Assembly (NCBI GenBank): GCA_964358795.1
Contig: CAYHRK010000001.1
Coordinates: 1,432 to 65,431 of the forward strand
Origin: an uncultured Vicinamibacterales bacterium
GTDB taxonomy: Bacteria > Acidobacteriota > Vicinamibacteria > Vicinamibacterales > JAKQTR01
Length of the DNA stretch: 64,000 bases
Direction: 5' to 3'
Below are positions 36,661-48,910 of this stretch, one piece after another. Under the pieces are notes generated by a model. It was not told the DNA's origin. It did not search any database and saw nothing but the letters and a program-made list of their open reading frames with translations. The position numbers and the translations under genes are program-made. Numbering within the stretch: position 1 is the first letter of the stretch; each line of letters opens with the position of its first letter.

Positions 36661-37386
36661 TCACGCGGCCGGCGGCGCCGGCGGTCCGGGATGGTACAGG
36701 ATGCGCTGGCAGCTTTCGCACTGGAAGACGATCTCGTTGCGTCTCAGTTCGTTGTACACCTGCGGTCTGACGCGGACCTGGCACGCGGAGCAGCGTCCAT
36801 CCTGTAGCGGCGCCACCGCCGAGATCCTGCGCGACTTCATCACCCGCTCGAAGATGGCCGCCACCGGCGGGCTGATTCTGGCCGCCACGGTTTCTCGCTC
36901 GGCGGCCACGCGCACCAACGAGGCCTGGGCTTCGGCCAGCTGAGCGGCCAGGCCCCGGCGCTCCTCCTCGATGACGGCCTGCTCGGCTGTCAGCGCCCGT
37001 TCGGCCGCTTTCAGGTGCCCTTCCACTTCGTCGTGTTCGAGCATTCGTTCGAGCAGCCGGTCCTCGAACTTCCGGACCTCGTGCTGCGCGACCTCGATCT
37101 CCTTTTGCATCGCCTGGTATTCGCGGTTGGTCTTGACGTCCATCAGTTGGCTGCGGAACTTGGAGAGCCTGGCCTGCTGGGCGGCCAGGTCCTTCTCGAT
37201 GTCCCGACGCGCCGCCTGGTTCGCGGTCAGCAACTGCCGCTCGTTCTCGAATGCCTGGCGGGCGGCGGCCAGTTTGGCATCCAGCGCCTCCTGGCGGGCA
37301 GGCTCGTCGGCGACGGTCCGGCGAGCCTGCTCGAGGATGTCCTCGAGTTGCTGCAGGCGGATCAGATGTTCGATGTCAGGGTGCAT
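36661..37386 (-). CDS. Coiled-coil protein with C-terminal C4 zinc ribbon (COG1579/DUF164 type)
   Basis: 241 aa from ATG at 37386 (MHPDIEHLIRLQQLE). About 190 aa of coiled coil, then CSACQVRV...CESCQRIL. The track start (GTG at 37404) lies inside the tRNA gene and was rejected. Confidence 0.8.
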   Translation of the reverse strand: MHPDIEHLIRLQQLEDILEQARRTVADEPARQEALDAKLAAARQAFENERQLLTANQAARRDIEKDLAAQQARLSKFRSQLMDVKTNREYQAMQKEIEVAQHEVRKFEDRLLERMLEHDEVEGHLKAAERALTAEQAVIEEERRGLAAQLAEAQASLVRVAAERETVAARISPPVAAIFERVMKSRRISAVAPLQDGRCSACQVRVRPQVYNELRRNEIVFQCESCQRILYHPGPPAPPAA

Positions 37387-37392
37387 GATTGT

Positions 37393-37468
37393 TGGTGGGC
37401 CCACCAGGATTCGAACCTGGGACAGGCCGGTTATGAGCCGGCGGCTCTTACCGCTGAGCTATGGGCCC
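37393..37468 (-). tRNA. tRNA-Met (anticodon CAU), elongator type; 3' CCA encoded
   Basis: Hand-folded cloverleaf: GGGCCCA-TA-GCTC-AGCGGTAA-GAGC-C-GCCGG-CTCATAA-CCGGC-CTGTC-CCAGG-TTCGAAT-CCTGG-TGGGCCC-A-CCA, 76 nt. The 1:72 pair is G-C, so it is not an initiator. A lysidine-modified tRNA-Ile2 cannot be excluded. Confidence 0.9.
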
Positions 37469-37519
37469 GTACTAGCTTACTGCCAGAGGCCGGGCCGGCG
37501 AAGCCCGCCTCGGCGCGGC

Positions 37520-39202
<1,683 letters not shown>

Positions 39203-39214
39203 GGCTTCCTCCCG

Positions 39215-40975
39215 TCAGGTGCCAGAGATCCCCAGCGCGGCCATGCGCTGGAGAAGTTCACGTTTCTGTTGCCACAATTGGTCGATATCCGCACCGCCGG
39301 CTTCCTGCAGCCGGTCGATCTCGCGCTGGACGGCGGCGCCCTCGCGTTCGTAGCGCAGGCGCTTGATCGCCCGCGCACAGTCGATAGCCGGTGCCGGAGG
39401 CGCCGGTTCGGCGCCGATGCCAGTCGCCAGCGCCGCCTCCTCAGTACTGAGACGCTCCAGGAGCCCTGGGGGTAAGCACTCGTCGCCGCCGGCGATCAGG
39501 CTCGACGCCTGTTCCAGAATCCTGGCGCACGTCAGGCCGTCGAGATCGTCCCATGCGAGAAGCTGGAGCGCAAAGCGCGCCTCGTGCGGCTCGTTCATCA
39601 GCGCCCAGATCAATCCGCGTTCGGCCGGCTTCAACTGGCCGAACGAGGGCATGTCGCGGCTGCTCATCTCGGTGCGGCGTTCGACGGCGGCCTTGCGGAT
39701 TTCTGCCCGGACGACCGATTCCGTAATGCGAGCCCGGTGCGCGATGCGGTCGGCAAACTGGTCCCGCGCGGCCGCGTCGGGAATCCTGGCGGCCACCGTG
39801 AGCATGTCCTGCAGGAACGCCCGCCGGCTGTCGTCCCGGTGCAAATCGTGGGCGGCCACCGACCGATCTAGCAGGTACTCCAGATACGGCTTGGATTGCT
39901 GGAGTTGCGCCGCGTACTGGCGGCCGCCCCGCTTGCGGATGAAGGCATCGGGGTCGTCGCCACCCGGCAGCACGGCCACGTTCACCTGAAATCCCTCCGA
40001 TACCAGCAGATCGCACGATCTGGCGGCCGCACTCTGGCCGGCCGCATCGGGATCGAAACTGATCACCACTTTCGAGACAAATCGATGCAACACCTGGGCC
40101 TGTTGCACCGTCAGCGCCGTGCCGCAGGACGCCACCACGGGCAGCGCACACTCCTGCAGCACCTGGGCAAAGTCGAAGTACCCTTCCACCAGTACGACAA
40201 ACCCGGATTTGCGCAACAGCGGCTTGGTGTGGTCCAGGCCGTACACCGTCCGGCTTTTCGAATAGATGGGCGTTTCTGGCGAATTCAGATACTTCGGCAC
40301 CTGGTCGGCATCCATGGCTCGCCCGCCAAACGCAATCACCGATCCGGTGTCGCGGGCAATCGGAACGATCAACCGGTTGCGGAAGCGATCGACCACCTGT
40401 CCGCTGTCTCGTTCGGCCACCAGTCCGGCGCGAACCAGCAGCGCCAGCGGCTGGCCTTGTCCGATCAGCCAGGTTTTCAGGCCGTCACGCGCCGGCGTGG
40501 CGTAGCCCAATCCCAGTACCCGGATGGTGTCGGGCGTGATGCCCCGATCGCTTAACTGCTTCCGGGCGCGCGCGCCGGCCGGCTCCTCGAGCTGAGACTG
40601 GAAATAGCTGCGAGCCAGTTCGTGCACCTTCAGCAGCGCTTCGCGTTCGCGCGAATCGGCTTCGTGTTCTCCAGGTCCGGATTCTGGCACGGTCATGCCA
40701 AACCGCCGCGCGAGCAATCGCACCGCGTCGGTGAAGCCCACCTTCTCGTGCATCTCCACGAATCTGAACACGTCTCCGCCCACCCCGCAGCCGAAGCAGT
40801 GGAAGAATCCCTTCTCGCTGTTCACGCTGAACGAAGGCGTCTTCTCGCCATGAAACGGGCACAGCCCCGTGTAGCGGCTGCCGACCTTCTTCAACGAGAC
40901 GTGGTCCTGGACCACCTGCACGATGTCCGCGCGGGTTCGCAGGTCGTCGATGAAGGACGAGGGGAACAGTGCCAC
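39215..40975 (-). CDS. dnaG: DNA primase DnaG
   Basis: 586 aa with a GTG start. Zinc ribbon CPFHGEKTPSFSVN...FHCFGCG. TOPRIM segment VVLVEGYFD. Confidence 0.9.
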   Translation of the reverse strand: MALFPSSFIDDLRTRADIVQVVQDHVSLKKVGSRYTGLCPFHGEKTPSFSVNSEKGFFHCFGCGVGGDVFRFVEMHEKVGFTDAVRLLARRFGMTVPESGPGEHEADSREREALLKVHELARSYFQSQLEEPAGARARKQLSDRGITPDTIRVLGLGYATPARDGLKTWLIGQGQPLALLVRAGLVAERDSGQVVDRFRNRLIVPIARDTGSVIAFGGRAMDADQVPKYLNSPETPIYSKSRTVYGLDHTKPLLRKSGFVVLVEGYFDFAQVLQECALPVVASCGTALTVQQAQVLHRFVSKVVISFDPDAAGQSAAARSCDLLVSEGFQVNVAVLPGGDDPDAFIRKRGGRQYAAQLQQSKPYLEYLLDRSVAAHDLHRDDSRRAFLQDMLTVAARIPDAAARDQFADRIAHRARITESVVRAEIRKAAVERRTEMSSRDMPSFGQLKPAERGLIWALMNEPHEARFALQLLAWDDLDGLTCARILEQASSLIAGGDECLPPGLLERLSTEEAALATGIGAEPAPPAPAIDCARAIKRLRYEREGAAVQREIDRLQEAGGADIDQLWQQKRELLQRMAALGISGT

Positions 40976-43485
40976 TAGTCGTTCAGCTCCGCCACGGTCA
41001 CCCCGCCGCCGCCCTGTTCGTGCGGCGCAGGCTGGTGCCGTGCCACCAGCGGATGTCGCTGCAGGTACTCGCCAATGGCCCGCCGCAACTGACCGGTGCC
41101 GTGGCCATGGATGATTCGAACCGTGCGCTCATCACTCATCAAGATGTCGTCGAGCAATCGCTCGACCCGTCCCAGCGCCTCGTCGACCGTACAGCCGATC
41201 ACGTTGATCTCGGTGGCCACCGACTCGCGGGCCTGGACCTGCACGCTGACGCTGACGCGCGCGGCGCCCTGCGGCGCGACCCCGCCCACCACCCGCAGTT
41301 CCTCCAGACGCGCGCGCAGCCGCTTCCCGCGCACGTCGATGTCGGCCTCGCCCTCCTGCAGGGCCAGCACCCGGCCTTCGAGGCCCAGGCCGCGCACCGT
41401 GACGCGATCGCCTACATGGGGGAGCGTATGGGCGCCTTCTGACGGCCCTGCGGCGGGCGCCGGTTCGACCCCCTCGCGCACTCGCTGTGCCAGCGCGTCC
41501 AGGCTGGTCTTGGCCTCCGCCCGTGCCGCGCCGGCGTCACCGGTGGAGAGGACGCCGCCAATGCGGGCGCGGTGGGCCGCTTCGGCGCTGAGGCGCTCGG
41601 TCTGCCGCCGGAAATCGTCGACGATGCGATCGATGTCCTGCCGGGCGGCCCGGAGACGGGTGTCCAGCTCGTCGTCCACACGGTGGCGCAAGCGGTCTTC
41701 CTTCTCTTTCAATGCCTGCTCGCGCGCTCGCAGACGGGTGTCGGACTGCGCCAACGATTCCCGCTCGCGCGCGACCAGCCGCCGCTCGTGTTCCAGACCG
41801 CGCATCTCGCTGTCAATCCTGGCGAGGTGTTCGGCCAGTTGGGCTTCCCGGACGCTGATGTTGCGGCGCGCCTCGTCGAGGATGGACGGGCTCAGGCCAA
41901 GGCGGCCCGCAATCTCCAGCGCCAGGCTCCGTCCGGGTGTGCCGTACAGCAACTGGTATGTGGGAGCGTACGAATCCGGATCGAAGCCAAACGCCGCGCC
42001 GGTCACACCGGTGGTGGTCGCGGCGTACGACTTCAGTTGCTCGTAATGCGTGGTGGCGACGACATGCGCGCCCCGCACCCGCAGGTGGTCGACCACGGCC
42101 AGGCCCAGCGCGCCGCCCTCGACCGGATCGGTGCCCACCCCCACCTCGTCGAGCAGCACGAGGGCCGGCAGCGCCAGGGATTGGTCCATCTGCACGATGT
42201 TCGACATGTGCCACGAAAACGTGCTGAGGTTCGAGGCGATGGACTGTTCGTCGCCGATGTCGGCAAACACCGATCGGAACACGGGCAGCCGCGACCCTCC
42301 CGCCGCCGGTACGTGCAGACCGGACTGCGCCATCAGCACGAGCAGGCCGGCCGTCTTCAGGGCCACGGTCTTGCCGCCGGTATTCGGTCCGGTAATCACC
42401 AGCACACTGGCCGGGGGGAGCATCCGAATGTCGACCGGCACCGGATTGGAGGCGCGTCGGCTGCCGGGTCTGGCACCGGCGCCGGCGTCTCCACTGTCTG
42501 GCTGGCCGGACGCGGCCGAAGCACGCTCCGGCAATCGGCCCGTCACCTCCGGCATGAGCAGCGGGTGGCGTGCGGCCAGCAGTTCGAAGGCCCCATCGGG
42601 CGACAACGTGGGTTCGACCCCGTTGACGACGGCCGAGAAACGAGCCTTGGCCTGGATCACATCCAGCTCGGTGGCCGATTCGATCGTGCGCTGCAGATCC
42701 AGGGCGCGCCGCCGGAACTGGTCGGTCAGCTGCAGCAGAATGCGGTGCACCTCCTGCGCTTCCTGTTGCTCGAGCGCCACGATGTCGTTGTTGATCTCCA
42801 CCGTGCTGAGCGGTTCCAGAAACAGGCTGGCGCCGCTGGCCGAGCTGCCGTGCACGATGCCCGGGATCGCGGTGCGGCATTCGGTGCGCACGACCAGGAC
42901 GAAACGCCCGTTGCGATCGGTGACGATCTGGTCCTGGAGGTACTTGGAGGTGTCCTTGTTTCGCAGGAACGACTCGAGGGTGCCTCGCAGACGCGTCCGC
43001 TGGCGCCTGAGGCGGTCGCGAACGGTACGCAGCTCCGGGCTGGCTTCGTCGACGACCTCGCCAGGCGGCGCAATCTTGTGTCGCGTTTCGGCGACCTCCG
43101 ACCGGAATGCGGCTCCCGACTCAGCCAGTGTCTTCAACGTCGGGAATGCGCCTTCAGTTCGCCGGATAGCGGCGCGCGTGGTCTCGACCGAATCAAGGTA
43201 CTCGGCGAGCGCCAGCAGCCGGACCGGTTCCAGAGCACGCCCTTCAATGGCCAACTGGTTCAGAGCCGCCGGCAGGTCGGCCTGAGCGGAGAGCGCAAAT
43301 CCCCCCGCCAGCTCGTTGAACCGGACGCCCTCCGATGTGGCCGCCAGCATCTGCGCCACACGGCGTGGGTCAGACGATGGGCGCAGCGCCGCTAGCCGGG
43401 CGGCACCAAGCGGAGTAGCCGCCAAGGTGCAGACCACCTCCACGATGCGCGTCAACTCGAGGGTCTGCAGGACGGATGGGTGCAT
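40975..43485 (-). CDS. mutS2: Endonuclease MutS2 (MutS-II family with C-terminal Smr domain)
   Basis: 836 aa from ATG at 43485 (MHPSVLQTLEL). Walker A ITGPNTGGKTV. Smr tail VRIIHGHGTGQLRRAI. The stop TAG (40975-40977) overlaps the dnaG GTG by 1 nt. Confidence 0.9.
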   Translation of the reverse strand: MHPSVLQTLELTRIVEVVCTLAATPLGAARLAALRPSSDPRRVAQMLAATSEGVRFNELAGGFALSAQADLPAALNQLAIEGRALEPVRLLALAEYLDSVETTRAAIRRTEGAFPTLKTLAESGAAFRSEVAETRHKIAPPGEVVDEASPELRTVRDRLRRQRTRLRGTLESFLRNKDTSKYLQDQIVTDRNGRFVLVVRTECRTAIPGIVHGSSASGASLFLEPLSTVEINNDIVALEQQEAQEVHRILLQLTDQFRRRALDLQRTIESATELDVIQAKARFSAVVNGVEPTLSPDGAFELLAARHPLLMPEVTGRLPERASAASGQPDSGDAGAGARPGSRRASNPVPVDIRMLPPASVLVITGPNTGGKTVALKTAGLLVLMAQSGLHVPAAGGSRLPVFRSVFADIGDEQSIASNLSTFSWHMSNIVQMDQSLALPALVLLDEVGVGTDPVEGGALGLAVVDHLRVRGAHVVATTHYEQLKSYAATTTGVTGAAFGFDPDSYAPTYQLLYGTPGRSLALEIAGRLGLSPSILDEARRNISVREAQLAEHLARIDSEMRGLEHERRLVARERESLAQSDTRLRAREQALKEKEDRLRHRVDDELDTRLRAARQDIDRIVDDFRRQTERLSAEAAHRARIGGVLSTGDAGAARAEAKTSLDALAQRVREGVEPAPAAGPSEGAHTLPHVGDRVTVRGLGLEGRVLALQEGEADIDVRGKRLRARLEELRVVGGVAPQGAARVSVSVQVQARESVATEINVIGCTVDEALGRVERLLDDILMSDERTVRIIHGHGTGQLRRAIGEYLQRHPLVARHQPAPHEQGGGGVTVAELND

Positions 43486-43598
43486 GGTCCGTTGGGAACC
43501 GATGGTGAGAGGAGGGGAAAGCCCTCTCGCCGACCTGCCGCGTCCGGCAGAGACGAACTTTAAAGGATAACACGACAGCGGAAAGGCCGGCAACCCTA

Positions 43599-43627
43599 AA
43601 TATGGACGTCGCGGCGCGTCCTGTCAA
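43599..43627 (-). promoter_or_regulatory. Candidate promoter for mutS2 (TTGACA-N17-CATATT, minus strand)
   Basis: The reverse complement of 43622-43627 is TTGACA, followed by a 17-nt spacer. The reverse complement of 43599-43604 is CATATT. Lies about 110 nt upstream of the mutS2 ATG in a locally AT-richer patch. Confidence 0.35.
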
Positions 43628-43636
43628 GCGGGTCAA

Positions 43637-44398
<762 letters not shown>

Positions 44399-44419
44399 GA
44401 ACAGGCCCTCGACGGTTCG

Positions 44420-44448
44420 TTGAAGATCGGTCGACTGGGAGCTATAAT
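44420..44448 (+). promoter_or_regulatory. Candidate sigma-70 promoter (TTGAAG-N17-TATAAT) for the GT2 synthase gene
   Basis: TTGAAG at 44420-44425, a 17-nt spacer, and a perfect TATAAT at 44443-44448, 46 nt upstream of the ATG at 44495. Confidence 0.5.
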
Positions 44449-44494
44449 GGCGGATTGTGCCTCAACGCACAACACCGGACCGGTTGCCGAAATC

Positions 44495-46000
44495 ATGACG
44501 CTACTTGAGACCCTCATCCTCGGGCTCTACTTCTTCATCCTGGTTATCCTGGGCGTGTACGGGTGGCATCGGTACTACCTCGTCTACGCCTACATGAAAA
44601 ACAAGGACCGGGTGCCGGGTCCGCCGCCGGTGTGGGACGGCCCGTTGCCGGTGGTCACGATCCAGTTGCCGATCTACAACGAGATGTACGTGATTGACCG
44701 GCTGGTTCAGGCGACCGCCCGCATGGACTATCCGCGCGAATTGCTCGAGATCCAGGTGCTCGACGACTCCACCGACGAAACCGCCGAGGTGGCGCGCCGG
44801 GCCGTGGACCGGCTGGCGGCGCAGGGGTTCGACATCAAGTACTACCACCGCACCGGTCGCACTGGCTACAAGGCCGGCGCGCTGGACGCGGGACTGAAGG
44901 AGGCGCGAGGCCAGTTTGTGGCGATTTTCGATGCCGATTTCATCCCGAGCGCCGATTTCCTCAACAAGACCGTGCCGTATTTCCAGGATCCACGCATCGG
45001 GCTGGTGCAGGCGCGCTGGGGCCACGTCAACCAGGACTACTCGCTGTTGACCAAAGCGCAAGCCATCCTGCTCGACGGCCATTTCGTGCTCGAGCACGGC
45101 GGCCGCAACCGCGCGGGCCACTTCTTCAACTTCAACGGTACGGCCGGCATCTGGCGGCGCGAGGTGATTTCGGCGGCGGGTGGATGGCAACACGACACAC
45201 TCACCGAAGATCTGGACCTGAGCTATCGAGCCCAGTTGCTGGGGTGGAAATTCCTGTTCCTGCCGAACCTGGTGGCCCCGGCCGAAGTACCGGTTGAGAT
45301 GAACGCGTTCAAGTCGCAGCAGCACCGCTGGGCCAAAGGGTCGATTCAGGTGTGCCTGAAGCTGCTGTCGCGCATCCTGCAGTCGAACCAGCCGTTTGGC
45401 GTCAAGGCCGAGGCGTTCTTCCACCTGACCGCGAATTTCAACTACGTGCTCATGTCGCTGCTGTGCATCCTGATGTTCCCGTCGATGGTGATCCGCTACA
45501 ACATGGGCTGGTACGAGATGCTGCTGATTGACGTGCCGCTGTTTTTCGCGGCGACGGCGTCGGTGGCCAACTTCTACGTGGTTTCCCAACGCGAGCTCTA
45601 TCCGGACAGCTGGAAAGCGCGGCTGCGGTACATTCCGTTCCTGATGGCGCTGGGCATCGGGCTGACCGTGAACAACACGCGCGCCGTGATCGAAGCGCTC
45701 CTGAAACGCGAATCGGCGTTCGCGCGCACGCCGAAATACGGGATCGAGCGGGGGTCGGATGAGTGGAACGGCAAGAAGTACCACCAATTCGTGGCGCTTC
45801 AGCCGCTGGTCGAGATCGCCCTCGGCCTGTACTTCACCATGACGGTCTTCTATGCGCTGGCCAATGGCATCTACGGCACGCTGCCGTTTCTGGTGCTGTT
45901 CCAGGTTGGGTTCCTCTACACAGGCCTGCTGTCGGTCATCCAACAGTTTGGCGGCGGACACGGCGCCGTGCTGAGCACGCAAGTGGCCGGCGGCAAGTAG
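44495..46000 (+). CDS. Processive GT2 beta-glycan synthase (cellulose-synthase-like/CslA-like), integral membrane
   Basis: 501 aa from ATG at 44495 (MTLLETLILGLYFF). Motifs QLPIYNE, VLDDSTDET, FDADF, TEDLDLS, QQHRWAKG (D,D,D,QxxRW). Several C-terminal TM helices. Confidence 0.85.
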   Translation: MTLLETLILGLYFFILVILGVYGWHRYYLVYAYMKNKDRVPGPPPVWDGPLPVVTIQLPIYNEMYVIDRLVQATARMDYPRELLEIQVLDDSTDETAEVARRAVDRLAAQGFDIKYYHRTGRTGYKAGALDAGLKEARGQFVAIFDADFIPSADFLNKTVPYFQDPRIGLVQARWGHVNQDYSLLTKAQAILLDGHFVLEHGGRNRAGHFFNFNGTAGIWRREVISAAGGWQHDTLTEDLDLSYRAQLLGWKFLFLPNLVAPAEVPVEMNAFKSQQHRWAKGSIQVCLKLLSRILQSNQPFGVKAEAFFHLTANFNYVLMSLLCILMFPSMVIRYNMGWYEMLLIDVPLFFAATASVANFYVVSQRELYPDSWKARLRYIPFLMALGIGLTVNNTRAVIEALLKRESAFARTPKYGIERGSDEWNGKKYHQFVALQPLVEIALGLYFTMTVFYALANGIYGTLPFLVLFQVGFLYTGLLSVIQQFGGGHGAVLSTQVAGGK

Positions 46001-46015
46001 CCTCGGGAGGCGGAC

Positions 46016-46432
46016 GTGAACTTCGGTCGCGTCGCGGCATCGGCGGTGGTTGCGTGGATCGCATTCCTGGTGATCAACCCGGTCGTCAACAATGTGCTGC
46101 TCGCCGATCTCTATGCTCAGCACGCCGCGGTGTTCCGGCCGCAGAACGAGATAAACCTCGTCGTCGGCCTTGGCGCCGCGCTTCTCGGTTCCTTCGTGTT
46201 CTCGTACGCGTACGCGAAGGGCTACGAAGGCGGGCGGGGCGCGATCGAAGGATTGCGCTACGGCGTGATCGTGGGCCTGATGCTGGCCTGCTTCGCCGTG
46301 GTGTGGAGCTACGTGGTGCTGCCCATCTCGGCCCGCCTGGCCGTGGCGTGGATTGTCGACACGATTGCCGAAATGGCCATCTACGGCGCGATTGTCGGCC
46401 TCATCTACAAGCCCATTGCCCGGCGCGTGTGA
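46016..46432 (+). CDS. Small four-TM membrane protein of unknown function
   Basis: 138 aa. GTG start preceded by GGGAGG, 15 nt after the GT2 synthase stop. Hydrophobic segments [56 protein letters not shown]. Confidence 0.65.
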   Translation: MNFGRVAASAVVAWIAFLVINPVVNNVLLADLYAQHAAVFRPQNEINLVVGLGAALLGSFVFSYAYAKGYEGGRGAIEGLRYGVIVGLMLACFAVVWSYVVLPISARLAVAWIVDTIAEMAIYGAIVGLIYKPIARRV

Positions 46433-46448
46433 GCAGGTCCCGGCTCGC

Positions 46449-48257
46449 ATGGATCACCAGCTTATCCGTAACTTCGCGATCATCGCGCACATCGATCACG
46501 GCAAGTCGACGCTGGCCGACCGGTTTCTCGAAATGACCGGCGCGCTGCAGCCGCGCGAGATGACCGAGGCCCAGGTCCTCGACTCGATGGATCTCGAGCG
46601 AGAGCGGGGCATTACGATCAAGGCGCACCCGGTGCGCCTGAACTACACCGCGCTCGACGGACGCTCGTTTGTCCTGAACCTGATCGACACGCCCGGGCAC
46701 GTGGACTTCTCCTACGAAGTCACGCGGTCGCTGGCCGCGTGCGAGGGCGCGCTGCTGCTGGTGGACGCCTCCCAGGGCGTCGAAGCGCAGACCCTGGCCA
46801 ACGCCTACCTGGCGGTCGAGAACAACCTCGAGATCATTCCCATCATCAATAAGATCGATCTGCCCAGCGCGCAGCCGGAGGAGGCCCGCCGCCAGCTGGC
46901 CGACATCATCGGACTGGATCCGTCCCACGCGATTCTGGCGAGCGCCAAGGCCGGGACCGGCGTGCTGGAGGTGCTGGAAGCCATCGTCGAACGCCTGCCT
47001 CCACCGGTCGGCGATCCGTCGGCACCGCTGAAGGCCCTGGTCTTCGACTCGTGGTACGACGCCTACCGCGGCGTCGTGATTGTGGTGCGCGTGCTGGACG
47101 GCACCATCAGGCCGCGCATGAAGATCAGGCTGATGGCCGAGGGCCAGGAATACGACGTCGAGCAGGTCGGGGTGTTTACGCCGAAGCCGCAGCAGATGGA
47201 CGAACTGGGCGTCGGCGAGGTCGGCTTCCTCACGGCGACCATCAAGAAGGTGAGCGACGCGCGCATCGGCGATACGGTCACCGAGGCGGCGCGACCGGCC
47301 ATCGAACCGTTTCCCGGCTTCCGCGCGCTGAAGCCGATGGTGTTTGCCGGGCTCTATCCGGTGGAAGGGCACGAGTACCCGGAGTTGCGTGACGCGCTCG
47401 AGAAGCTGCGGCTGAACGACGCCTCGTTTTTCTACGAGCCCGAGACCTCCGCCGCGCTGGGATTCGGGTTCCGCTGCGGGTTCCTGGGCCTGCTGCACAT
47501 GGAGATTGTCCAGGAGCGTCTCGAGCGCGAGTTCGACATGGACCTGGTGACGACCGCGCCCGGCGTGCTCTACCGCATCACGACGACCGATGGGGTGGTG
47601 CAGGAAGTCGACAGCCCCGCCAAGCTGCCCGACACCGGGCGCATCACGATCTTTGAAGAGCCGGTCATCACCGCGATGATTCTGACGCCGTCCGAACATG
47701 TCGGAGGCATCCTCCAGCTGTGCCAGGACAAGCGCGGGGTGCAGAAGAAGCTGGAGTACGTCTCGACCAACCGCGTGCTGATCACCTACGAGCTGCCCTT
47801 TGCCGAGGTGGTGCTCGATTTCTACGACAGGCTGAAGACGATCTCGCGCGGGTACGCCTCGTTGGACTACCACGTCAGCGGGTACTGGGAATCCCCGCTG
47901 GTGAAGCTCGACATCCTCGTGAACGGAGATCCGGTGGATGCGTTGTCCGTGATTCTGCACCGCGACGCGGCCTATACGCGTGGGCGTGCGCTGGCCAGCA
48001 AGATGCGCGAGCTGATTCCCCGGCAGATGTTCGAGGTGGCCATCCAGGCGGCGATCGGAGGGCGGATTGTCGCGCGGGAGTCGGTGAAGGCGCTCAGGAA
48101 GAACGTGCTCGCCAAGTGCTACGGCGGCGACATCAGCCGCAAGCGTAAGCTGCTCGAGAAACAGAAGGAAGGCAAGAAACGGATGAAGCGCGTCGGCCGC
48201 GTCGAGATTCCGCAGGACGCGTTCCTGGCGGTGCTGAAGCTCGGATCGGAGGAGTAG
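46449..48257 (+). CDS. lepA: Translation elongation factor 4 (LepA)
   Basis: 602 aa from ATG at 46449 ([25 protein letters not shown]). Motifs [13 protein letters not shown], and the C-terminal LepA tail. Confidence 0.95.
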   Translation: MDHQLIRNFAIIAHIDHGKSTLADRFLEMTGALQPREMTEAQVLDSMDLERERGITIKAHPVRLNYTALDGRSFVLNLIDTPGHVDFSYEVTRSLAACEGALLLVDASQGVEAQTLANAYLAVENNLEIIPIINKIDLPSAQPEEARRQLADIIGLDPSHAILASAKAGTGVLEVLEAIVERLPPPVGDPSAPLKALVFDSWYDAYRGVVIVVRVLDGTIRPRMKIRLMAEGQEYDVEQVGVFTPKPQQMDELGVGEVGFLTATIKKVSDARIGDTVTEAARPAIEPFPGFRALKPMVFAGLYPVEGHEYPELRDALEKLRLNDASFFYEPETSAALGFGFRCGFLGLLHMEIVQERLEREFDMDLVTTAPGVLYRITTTDGVVQEVDSPAKLPDTGRITIFEEPVITAMILTPSEHVGGILQLCQDKRGVQKKLEYVSTNRVLITYELPFAEVVLDFYDRLKTISRGYASLDYHVSGYWESPLVKLDILVNGDPVDALSVILHRDAAYTRGRALASKMRELIPRQMFEVAIQAAIGGRIVARESVKALRKNVLAKCYGGDISRKRKLLEKQKEGKKRMKRVGRVEIPQDAFLAVLKLGSEE

Positions 48258-48908
48258 GTGCCCCATCTCCGCAAGTCGGTGGCCCGTGAGTACTTCGAGT
48301 CCATCGTGATCGCGGTCATTCTGGCGCTGTTCATTCGCACGTTCGTGGTGCAGGCGTTCAAGATTCCAACCGGGTCGATGGAGCCGAATCTGCTCGTCGG
48401 CGATCACCTGCTCGTCAACAAGTTCGTGTTTGCGCCGGTGGCCGCGGGCGTCGAACGGGCGCTCCTGCCGGTGGCCGACGTCCGCCGCGGCGATGTGGTG
48501 GTGTTCAAGTTCCCGGAAGATCCGGAGCGCGACTTCATCAAGCGCGTGATCGGCCTGCCTGGCGACACCGTCCAATTCCGCGATCACCGGGTGTTCATCA
48601 ACGGCACGGCCATCGACGAACCTTACGCGCACTACCTGCCCCGGCCCGACGGGTCAGGCTCGCGCGAGATCGCGTCCGAAGATGTCCGCGACGAGTACGG
48701 ACCGGTCACGGTGCCGGCCGGGTCCTACTTCATGATGGGGGACAACCGCGACAACTCGCAGGATTCCCGGTACTGGGGCTTCCTGCCGCACGACAACATC
48801 AAGGGAAAAGCCCTGATGATCTACTGGTCGTACGAAGCCGACCAGCCAGGCGCCTTCAACTTCCTGACGCGGACCCGCTGGTCACGCCTGTTGCATCAGA
48901 TCCACTGA
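48258..48908 (+). CDS. lepB: Signal peptidase I
   Basis: 216 aa. GTG start preceded by GGAGGAG. Motifs IPTGSMEPNL (catalytic Ser), KRVIGLPGD (catalytic Lys), GDNRDNSQDSRYWG. Confidence 0.9.
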   Translation: MPHLRKSVAREYFESIVIAVILALFIRTFVVQAFKIPTGSMEPNLLVGDHLLVNKFVFAPVAAGVERALLPVADVRRGDVVVFKFPEDPERDFIKRVIGLPGDTVQFRDHRVFINGTAIDEPYAHYLPRPDGSGSREIASEDVRDEYGPVTVPAGSYFMMGDNRDNSQDSRYWGFLPHDNIKGKALMIYWSYEADQPGAFNFLTRTRWSRLLHQIH

Positions 48909-48910
48909 CT

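Noticed and set aside
37393-37468. Initiator tRNA-fMet
   Set aside because: The 1:72 position is a normal G-C pair, and the anticodon stem lacks the three consecutive G-C pairs next to the loop. It is called elongator Met, with tRNA-Ile2 not excluded.
44501-46450. 649-aa minus-strand ORF
   Set aside because: It lies antisense to the GT2 synthase (which has the full D,D,D,QxxRW motif set) and to the small membrane protein.
46401-48632. 743-aa minus-strand ORF
   Set aside because: It lies antisense to lepA and lepB, both of which carry unmistakable family motifs. Its composition is low-complexity and Arg/His-rich.
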